This document shows, piece by piece, positions 37,865 to 44,265 of a DNA stretch of 44,265 bases. The position numbers and the translations under genes were made by a program. How positions within the stretch are numbered: the stretch's first letter is position 1; each line of letters starts with the position of its first letter. Below the pieces are notes generated by a model. That model made no database searches and was not told the DNA's origin. It saw only the letters and a list, made by a program, of their open reading frames with translations. Origin of the DNA: a virus (Duplodnaviria > Caudoviricetes); the IMG/VR virus record IMGVR_UViG_3300020045_007806, positions 1-44,265 of that record, one strand, 5' to 3'.

Positions 37865-38651
37865 TTGGAACCTCAATACTCTCAGCATCAATAATCTTTT
37901 TGGCAGACTCCCAATCGGAAGTATTGATAATTTGCTGGATATCCCCATATTTCTCAGCGAGGAGATGACCGTCCATCAAAGTAGCCATACCTATCTGCAC
38001 ATTATTAAAAATCCATTCCATGATTTTCTGGGAAGTTAGCCAAACATTAGACAGAGTTCGATACTCCCCGCCATAAGGCTTAGGGCGAAAACACCCTGCT
38101 TTTCCATAAAGCTCCCGCCTACGATTATCTTTATCATAAGCTATGGAAGGGAGCCCTAAATAGAAATCCATTTGCTTAGCCATATGGCAACATCGATTAA
38201 AATGTTGAGGGTCTTGAACGTTTTCATTCTCAGTCCATCCGATATGGATATGCCCTGCTGCTGTGCGGAAAGGCCGATTCCCTTTCGGACTTGGATTTGC
38301 TCCCCCTTTCCACCCATTGAAATCAGGATCACAACCAAGTTCAAGAGCTTCTTTAGGTTGAGCCTTCATATAAGCAACATCAAAATCAGCCACAGGAGAA
38401 GCTACCACTTCATAATCAGGAACCATCTTACAAAGTGTATCATATACTTCCTGAACATTAAGGATAAACTCCTCTGAAGAACTAGCAGGATTGATATTAA
38501 ACTCAAGAGCCATCCCATCAACTTGAACAGCCCCTTTACTAACGGGATAAGGGTCTTTCTTACTTCCCCGAATTAATCCATGAGCAGATTTGAATACCCC
38601 ATTTTGTCTTACAAACACTTCTGGATCACAACCTACTAAAACAGTCATCAC
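37857..38651 (-). CDS. phiEco32-like COOH-NH2 ligase type 2
   Basis: 'GCDPEVF', 'QVDG.ALEFN..PA', 'GCDPDFN', 'RTAAGHIH.G', 'RRELYGKAG.FRPKPYG.EYRTLSN'. Confidence 0.92.
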   Translation of the reverse strand: MMTVLVGCDPEVFVRQNGVFKSAHGLIRGSKKDPYPVSKGAVQVDGMALEFNINPASSSEEFILNVQEVYDTLCKMVPDYEVVASPVADFDVAYMKAQPKEALELGCDPDFNGWKGGANPSPKGNRPFRTAAGHIHIGWTENENVQDPQHFNRCCHMAKQMDFYLGLPSIAYDKDNRRRELYGKAGCFRPKPYGGEYRTLSNVWLTSQKIMEWIFNNVQIGMATLMDGHLLAEKYGDIQQIINTSDWESAKKIIDAESIEVPNV

Positions 38652-38872
38652 TTCCTCCTTTCTTTCCTAGCTTTCCTATCAGGATTACGATAGGTATGTG
38701 TTTTGAGAAATACTTTCGATTCCCCGGTTTTAGGATCAACCACTTCATGATAAGTTGTAGAAACAAATAAATACTTCTTTTCTTTTTTGCTCTCTTTCTT
38801 ATTCCTTTCATTGTTTGGGATAACAGCTTTAGGAATACGAGAAAGCAGTTTAAAAATTAAGAGCGGATTCAT
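38648..38872 (-). CDS. Small basic hypothetical protein
   Basis: GAGGA SD; ATGA-coupled to the ligase gene. Confidence 0.6.
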   Translation of the reverse strand: MNPLLIFKLLSRIPKAVIPNNERNKKESKKEKKYLFVSTTYHEVVDPKTGESKVFLKTHTYRNPDRKARKERRK

Positions 38873-38875
38873 AAA

Positions 38876-40162
38876 TTATCCTCTAAAGAGATTAGGGAGA
38901 TACTGTTTAACTTCAACATCATCAGCACATTCAGCACATAAACAATCTTTTTCTGATACTATACGAAACTCCTCGCTAAAATATACAGGGGAAGAACACC
39001 AGCAACAATCTTTATAAGACTCATAAAACATTGATGCTGAAATTTCTTCTCCTTTAAACCCCTTCTTCTTTTGAAGAAAGGTGCTTATATTACTTGCTCC
39101 CTTCATTCTGAATGAGTTGTAATCAAGCTTATAGAAAGCTCCAATTACTTTAGAGTATTCGGCCCCTTTAATAGCAGCTTCCCAATTATTATGCTTGATA
39201 ATCTTTTCAGATTCCGCATCGGTCTTTGTAAAAACTCTAAAGAAATGATTAGGATATTTGCTACAGGATAGTTGAACAAACTTTGCTCCATGCTCATTCA
39301 TTCCATTAGAGCAAACTGTAAAGTTTAAAATATCCTTATCAAGATTAGGGAGTTCAGCTAAAGATTTACGAGTTCCAGTAATGGGGGTGACGTTATTCTT
39401 TTTCCGATCAATCCAGCGACCACCCCCAGCCGCTTGAAAAAAATTTATCCCTCCTCCTTTTTGCTTTTGTTCAATCTTTTGTAATCGCCCTTTATCAAAA
39501 ATATCCTCCCTAAAAGGGAGTTTATAGCAATAATGATAATCCTCTACAACAGAAATAGGTTTTTCAATCTCAATCCCATTTCTTCCTAAGATGCCATAAA
39601 GCATCCATTCTTCTGATGCCCAAAAGAGTTTCTTTTTATCCTTTGAAAAAACAATGAATAAAGAACGCTCTTTATTTCTTAGAAAATTAATTGAGTCTTC
39701 TTCTTTATCGTACCAAACAAGAGCATATGCTCCATTAACCATTTCGATAGTGGGCTTTAAACCTTGTTCTTCGATATTGTGATAAAGGGCTTCACTATCT
39801 GTATCGAATCTCTGATGATTATTTAGCTCCCACTTATTTGTGAGTGTCCCATTATGAGCTCCAATAAGAGTATTGAATTCAAAGGGATGGGAATTGTTCC
39901 TATTTACTTTCCCTGTAGTAGCGTACCTATTGTGCCCGATTATGCATTTAGTAAGCCCTACGAATGCTTGTTTAAACTTGGGATACTCCATAAGAGTATA
40001 AGGATCACCCACTTGTTTAACAAGATTTATATCGTTCTTAAAATTAATAACAGCAATTCCTGTGCTGTCACTCCCTCGAATTGCATCGATTGCTAATAGT
40101 TGTTTAGCGCAATTCTCGTCTTTAATATCTAGATTCCCTGCTGCTCCTACAAGTCCGCACAT
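38876..40162 (-). CDS. Class II (Ntn) glutamine amidotransferase with C-terminal Zn finger
   Basis: 'MCGLVG', 'RGSDSTG', 'GHNRYAT', 'HPF', 'HNGTL', 'TDSE'; CCWC...CAEC tail. Confidence 0.92.
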   Translation of the reverse strand: MCGLVGAAGNLDIKDENCAKQLLAIDAIRGSDSTGIAVINFKNDINLVKQVGDPYTLMEYPKFKQAFVGLTKCIIGHNRYATTGKVNRNNSHPFEFNTLIGAHNGTLTNKWELNNHQRFDTDSEALYHNIEEQGLKPTIEMVNGAYALVWYDKEEDSINFLRNKERSLFIVFSKDKKKLFWASEEWMLYGILGRNGIEIEKPISVVEDYHYCYKLPFREDIFDKGRLQKIEQKQKGGGINFFQAAGGGRWIDRKKNNVTPITGTRKSLAELPNLDKDILNFTVCSNGMNEHGAKFVQLSCSKYPNHFFRVFTKTDAESEKIIKHNNWEAAIKGAEYSKVIGAFYKLDYNSFRMKGASNISTFLQKKKGFKGEEISASMFYESYKDCCWCSSPVYFSEEFRIVSEKDCLCAECADDVEVKQYLPNLFRG

Positions 40163-40171
40163 ATCAATTTC

Positions 40172-40801
40172 CTACTTAGTTAAAAGAAGACTATTTACAA
40201 GAGAGAAGAAATATTCAGTCATTTCTTTATATCCCGGAAATTCTGGATGGGGTTGGAAACAAAGACATTTCGTATTTGGGTAATACACAACTTCTGTATC
40301 AGGCTCATGATGCAAATATGGGATTGGTGCATGCTCTTCATCAAGAATTTTTGGCATATACTCTTTATTGCCCCATTCATTTGCGATGCCTATGACCGTC
40401 CCTAATTCCCCTGCCCGCATCATTTGATGATGGGTAGAAGAAACCTTTATAGCTTGCCCTGTATCTACGTCCCTAAGAATATGATTACCTCCATGATTGG
40501 TTACATGTTGAAACATTCTCCCCCCATTCATTACATTAAGGAATTGCCCCCCTCTACAAATACCTACCATTGGAATGGAGAGAGAAAGAGCTTTCTCAAA
40601 TAATTGCTTCTCTGCCCTATCTCTTGCAGGAGAATTTCCTGTATATGGATGGACCTTTTCCCCATATAGTTCGGGGGTTACATCTTCTCCACCAGTAAAA
40701 CATACTAGATCAGCCTCTTCAATACGAAAAACTAAATTGTGCCCTACATTAACAAACATTGTAATGTATTGGGAATTTGGGGATATGATATGTACTTTCA
40801 T
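40172..40801 (-). CDS. Class I glutamine amidotransferase-like / peptidase C26
   Basis: 'FTGGEDV.P..YGE', 'GICRGGQFLNV..GG', 'SSTHHQ', 'FQPHPE'; ATG at 40801. Confidence 0.9.
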   Translation of the reverse strand: MKVHIISPNSQYITMFVNVGHNLVFRIEEADLVCFTGGEDVTPELYGEKVHPYTGNSPARDRAEKQLFEKALSLSIPMVGICRGGQFLNVMNGGRMFQHVTNHGGNHILRDVDTGQAIKVSSTHHQMMRAGELGTVIGIANEWGNKEYMPKILDEEHAPIPYLHHEPDTEVVYYPNTKCLCFQPHPEFPGYKEMTEYFFSLVNSLLLTK

Positions 40802-41271
40802 AGCAACCCCTCCGGCACATCCACTTCGTCCCCGAGCTTGCTCGCGACATAGCAACGCATTGCTGCTATAAGCGGAGTAGGGCCAGCGAATTCTTTTGTA
40901 CTTCCCATACATTGAGCATACCACCAGTAACCTTCGCTGTGTGGTGAAGAACTCAATTGGATTTCTTCTTTCTCAATAATTGGCCCGCCTTGCGCCCAGT
41001 CGGTTGAGTATGGTTCCGCAGTCGTTGCAGTAATGGGGCAGGAATCATGGATTCCGTAATGCACGCCAACAGCTGCACCCCATCCTTCCATTAAAGTCCA
41101 CCCACCCCCGGCTGGGTGGGTGCAGAAGTTGTCATCATCTTCGTTGGTACTTCGTACCTCAAGATGTTTACATTCAAAGCAACATTGTGGCTTTTGCCCC
41201 ACTGTGCCTTCACACACCGCCACCGCCCAATTTAACGGCTTGCGGATGAGTTCTGCGGTTTTGATTTTCAT
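40798..41271 (-). CDS. DUF2591/NinX-like protein with Cys-rich insert
   Basis: 'IKTAEL...LNWAVA..EG', 'YSTDWAQGGPIIEKE.I', 'GPTPLIAAMRCYVASKLGDEVDVP'. Confidence 0.85.
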   Translation of the reverse strand: MKIKTAELIRKPLNWAVAVCEGTVGQKPQCCFECKHLEVRSTNEDDDNFCTHPAGGGWTLMEGWGAAVGVHYGIHDSCPITATTAEPYSTDWAQGGPIIEKEEIQLSSSPHSEGYWWYAQCMGSTKEFAGPTPLIAAMRCYVASKLGDEVDVPEGLL

Positions 41272-42074
41272 TTATCCCACTCCTTTAAAGCTTCAATAAA
41301 TTCAGGATTGTTAAAATCATATTTTGAATAACTATCCCATCCAGCCTTCCTTTGTACTTGAAACTCTTTAAATGCCGTGCTAAAGAAAGGAGACTCTCCA
41401 GTTTTAAACAAAGTAAAAGTTCCTCGATAAACCCTAGCATTCTTATTCATAGGGACATCGTTCCCAATAAAGGACATATAACAATTCTTGAAATTTGTCA
41501 CCATTTCTTTCTGAAGAGAATTATATTCAAATGTAGCATGGTTTGTATTGGGGCAAGAGACATGTCCATCTTTATTAAACATATTAGAGAGAATAAAAGA
41601 GAATTCAGGAGAGAATTTCTTTCTCTTGAAAAAATAAAAAGAATCAAGAAAATTCTCAAACTCCCATCCATGCCTCATAGCGCACATGGCTGCTACTACA
41701 TATCTGCTATTCTTTTCTGTATTCATGTAGAAGCCATTTTTTAATTGAGAAGCAACATCTTTCTGATTAAAAAAAGCATGTCTCCAAGGAGATTTCTTGA
41801 TCACCCAATTAAAATACGCTAAAAGCTTTCTCTTTTGAGGGGATACTTCATGTTGATTCACATAGAGAATGAGGGTCTCGATAAGGGGAGCAGTACAATT
41901 AGCAAAACAAACAGTATTAAAATTTGAATGAATCCCCTTCCCATCGAAAAACATATAATGATTTGCAGCTTCTGTACTTGTTGGTCTTTCTTTTCGTTTT
42001 AAAAATGCAGCTTCAATACTCTCACAATCTTTTTCTATTTCGGTTCTATATTTATCATATACAGGATAACCCAT
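41268..42074 (-). CDS. Hypothetical protein
   Basis: 268 aa, aromatic-rich, inside the ligase cluster. Confidence 0.75.
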   Translation of the reverse strand: MGYPVYDKYRTEIEKDCESIEAAFLKRKERPTSTEAANHYMFFDGKGIHSNFNTVCFANCTAPLIETLILYVNQHEVSPQKRKLLAYFNWVIKKSPWRHAFFNQKDVASQLKNGFYMNTEKNSRYVVAAMCAMRHGWEFENFLDSFYFFKRKKFSPEFSFILSNMFNKDGHVSCPNTNHATFEYNSLQKEMVTNFKNCYMSFIGNDVPMNKNARVYRGTFTLFKTGESPFFSTAFKEFQVQRKAGWDSYSKYDFNNPEFIEALKEWDK

Positions 42075-42083
42075 TTTACTTTC

Positions 42084-42769
42084 CTATAAAATAATTTTCT
42101 TAAATGCATCAATTACTTCATCAGTAATGATAGGGCCAGAATTGGCTTCAAGAATAACAAATTCATTATTCTCATTCATAAGAACATCGAACCCCACGTA
42201 GTTTATCTCAAGAGCTTTAGAAGCTTCATAACAAGCTTTCCCTACAGGGTCGAGGTATTTATAGTTCCTCCAAATGAAATGCCATTCATCCCCTTTAAGA
42301 ACCTTTTCATAGCAGAAGATGAATTCAAATAGAATGACAATACGAAACTCCTTCATATGATCGAAGTATTCCGTGTATAAGGGAAGAATAGGAGCATCTT
42401 TTCGCTTATTCCTGTGCAAATAGTCCAGCCCACTATTTGCAGCTCCTTCCCCTCTTTACGAAGGACAATATATTTCCAATGCTTAGGGATATTTTCTTTT
42501 TCTGTTACCCATTCGACAGTGGGAATATCATGTTCATTAAAGACTTTAAATGTCTTTACCTTATCGACACATTTTGCTACAGCTTGATATCTATTTATCA
42601 CCCTATTAACTGCAATCTTTCGATTGCATCCGTAGTTAATTACCAAATCATATTCAGTAAAATCCCTTTCTCCAATATCAAATGGATTTACAGCCTCACA
42701 TTTGAGAGCTTTAGCCAGCTTCAAAGCAGATTCGCTAGAGCATTTTGGATAAAGAACAATTGCATTCAT
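42084..42769 (-). pseudogene. ATP-grasp (RimK-like) ligase split by a frameshift near 42450
   Basis: N-half 'VINYG..VIN...AV..CVDKVKTF..IPTVEW' and C-half 'EFRI', 'YVGFDV', 'VILEANSGP' lie in different frames; one added G in GGGG (42449-42452) joins them. Confidence 0.75.
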
Positions 42770-42795
42770 TGGTTAATCCTTTAAGTTAAAAAAAT

Positions 42796-42879
42796 TGGTG
42801 CGAGAGACGGGAATCGAACCCGTATGCCATAAGCGAGGGATTTTAAGTCCCTTGTGTCTGCCAATTCCACCACTCTCGC
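42796..42879 (-). tRNA. tRNA-Leu (anticodon UAA)
   Basis: GCGAGAG/CTCTCGC acceptor stem, A discriminator, encoded CCA, anticodon arm AGGGA-CTTAAAA-TCCCT, variable arm, T-loop TTCGATT. Confidence 0.97.
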
Positions 42880-42880
42880 A

Positions 42881-43030
42881 ATGACAGGATATGCAATCTT
42901 GAAGTGCTACTGCCTGTTGGAATTTTCATCTGAGGATTACTTACCAATCTACAGAATGACTCTTGCTCTTGCATTATCTATAGACTATACCCCTGTCAGT
43001 ATAGTAGCAATCCCGCTATATAACATAGCG
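42881..43030 (-). ncRNA. Putative structured ncRNA upstream of tRNA-Leu
   Basis: No credible ORF; several perfect 6-7 bp complementarities, including a pairing between a hairpin loop and the 3' end. Confidence 0.35.
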
Positions 43031-43048
43031 TAAGATACAGCAGAATTC

Positions 43049-43177
43049 AGGAGGGTAAGGGGAGAATCCAACTCCCTATGATATCTGTCACTGCTAGAGG
43101 CTCAGTACATGGGATATCATGCCATTAAATTGTCAAAAGTAGGAGCTTAATGCGCAATGCCTTACTGCGGCTTACCC
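43049..43177 (-). ncRNA. Enlarged tRNA-like RNA
   Basis: 7-bp acceptor stem GGGTAAG/CTTACCC stacked on T-arm GGGAG-TTGGATT-CTCCC, plus D-like, anticodon-like and very long variable arms. Confidence 0.65.
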
Positions 43178-43183
43178 ATATTC

Positions 43184-43336
43184 TTAAACCAAGAGAGTAT
43201 TCAATATCCTGCTCTTATATTTTGGGAAGCTGTGACCGACCCTCTCTATCACATGCCCCTCACATTCTTCCCATCCTTTCTTATATCCTTGAAGATATAA
43301 TGTAGGAAATAGAATCTTACCAAGATTGTTCCACAT
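43184..43336 (-). CDS. Small protein (50 aa)
   Basis: MWNNLGKILFPTLYLQGYKKGWEECEGHVIERVGHSFPKYKSRILNTLLV with a GGAG SD. Confidence 0.65.
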   Translation of the reverse strand: MWNNLGKILFPTLYLQGYKKGWEECEGHVIERVGHSFPKYKSRILNTLLV

Positions 43337-43356
43337 AACATTCTCCAATATTCATT

Positions 43357-43509
43357 TCATGCAAGAAGATTCTCGAACATCTCCTCATATTGCATTGGAT
43401 AATTCTTTTTAATTTTATAATTTACCATATCTTCACAAAGAAGATATCCTTCACTTATCCCTTTACGATACACAGAAGGAAATAAGAATCTACCAATTCA
43501 ATTCCACAT
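43357..43509 (-). pseudogene. Paralog of the 43184-43336 gene with in-frame TGA at codon 4
   Basis: MWN*IGRFLFPSVYRKGISEGYLLCEDMV...; same 153-nt length; AAGGA SD. Confidence 0.55.
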
Positions 43510-43825
43510 TATCATATTCCTTTTTCGGGATTTGAAAAAAGTACAGACGAGTATTTCTTCCATTATGTATCCAGTTCTTCATAAGAGGCCCCGGCTTCCA
43601 TTTATATTTACGTAGAAAAGAGATTAGATATTTCTCAGAAGTATTAACTGAAACAACAGCAACAGACCCTTCTCTTTTCGCAACTGTTTTAATAATATCC
43701 TTTTGCCATCTATTATAATATTCTCTATCACATTTTAAATGAGGAGGATGATAAAGAATCTCTCTTCCTTCTCGAAGAGAAACTTTTATTCCTGCACACC
43801 AACCCTGGATTTCATAAGTGCGCAT
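43490..43825 (-). CDS. Hypothetical protein
   Basis: Likely ATG at 43825 (MRTYEIQ). Confidence 0.65.
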   Translation of the reverse strand: MRTYEIQGWCAGIKVSLREGREILYHPPHLKCDREYYNRWQKDIIKTVAKREGSVAVVSVNTSEKYLISFLRKYKWKPGPLMKNWIHNGRNTRLYFFQIPKKEYDNVELNW

Positions 43826-43829
43826 ATCT

Positions 43830-44024
43830 TTAACACCAAGTAATATCATGATAAAAGATTGTCTTAAAGCTCTTTGTTACCCCATTAGAATCTTTGGTAA
43901 CTGAACAATACCAATGAAGAGCTCCATCAAGAATATAAGTATGCTTCCTTTTCTTCTCTTCTTCTTGCTTTATCTGAACCGGATAGCAATCTTTACAGTG
44001 CCCTGCTCCAATGCAATTACACAT
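43830..44024 (-). CDS. Small Cys-rich hypothetical protein
   Basis: MCNCIGAGHCKDCYP..., AAGGAG SD before the ATG at 44024. Confidence 0.65.
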   Translation of the reverse strand: MCNCIGAGHCKDCYPVQIKQEEEKKRKHTYILDGALHWYCSVTKDSNGVTKSFKTIFYHDITWC

Positions 44025-44265
44025 TTTGATTCTCCTTCGTTTGGATAATCCCCTTTGAATACCAAGATTCACGTTTAAGATATTGAGCCATAGCCTTCCC
44101 TTTCTGTTCATTTGTAGCAGACTCTGATACCTTAATCCTATCTTGTTTATCCCGATAGATGGTAATAAGCTGCTTACCATCCATGAATTGCATACCAATC
44201 TTTCCTGCTGCTGTCTGAAAAGCATTATCGAAATGCATTATAGCAGGTCCCAAAGTTGTTTCATA
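44017..44265 (-). CDS. Hypothetical protein (5'-truncated)
   Basis: Frame is open to the window edge. Confidence 0.6.
   Translation of the reverse strand, partial: YETTLGPAIMHFDNAFQTAAGKIGMQFMDGKQLITIYRDKQDRIKVSESATNEQKGKAMAQYLKRESWYSKGIIQTKENQNV

Noticed and set aside
1-44265. Genome-wide stop-codon reassignment, prompted by the in-frame TGA at 43498-43500
   Set aside because: TGA and TAG end many tightly coupled genes (ATGA overlaps), long genes are intact in code 11, and no suppressor tRNA was seen.
1-44265. CRISPR array, diversity-generating retroelement, integrase or terminal repeats
   Set aside because: No spaced direct repeats, reverse transcriptase or recombinase seen; both window ends fall inside genes.

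Overview
Most of a tailed-phage (podovirus-type) genome, AT-rich, with no integrase or repressor in the window. The + strand (1-21.3 kb) is the virion module: TerL (5'-truncated), portal, GroES, scaffold, capsid, beta-helix and lectin proteins, P22 gp4/gp10-like tail proteins, ejection proteins and an endolysin. The - strand (21.4-44.3 kb) converges on it at a bidirectional terminator. It carries a class II-type ribonucleotide reductase split by a group I intron with a LAGLIDADG endonuclease, nucleases, SSB, family A DNA polymerase, ECF-like sigma factor, primase-helicase, a phiEco32-type amidoligase/amidotransferase/ATP-grasp cluster and tRNA-Leu(UAA). The most unusual items are: (i) an enlarged tRNA-like RNA and a second structured RNA next to tRNA-Leu; (ii) a free-standing HNH-type gene whose C-terminus duplicates the RNR redox-cysteine tail; (iii) apparent AUA and AUU start codons for RNR and an exonuclease, each overlapped by a small upstream ORF; (iv) beta-clamp-type motifs in an ejection protein and in a small protein after the polymerase. 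All calls come from reading motifs by eye; no database search or folding program was run.
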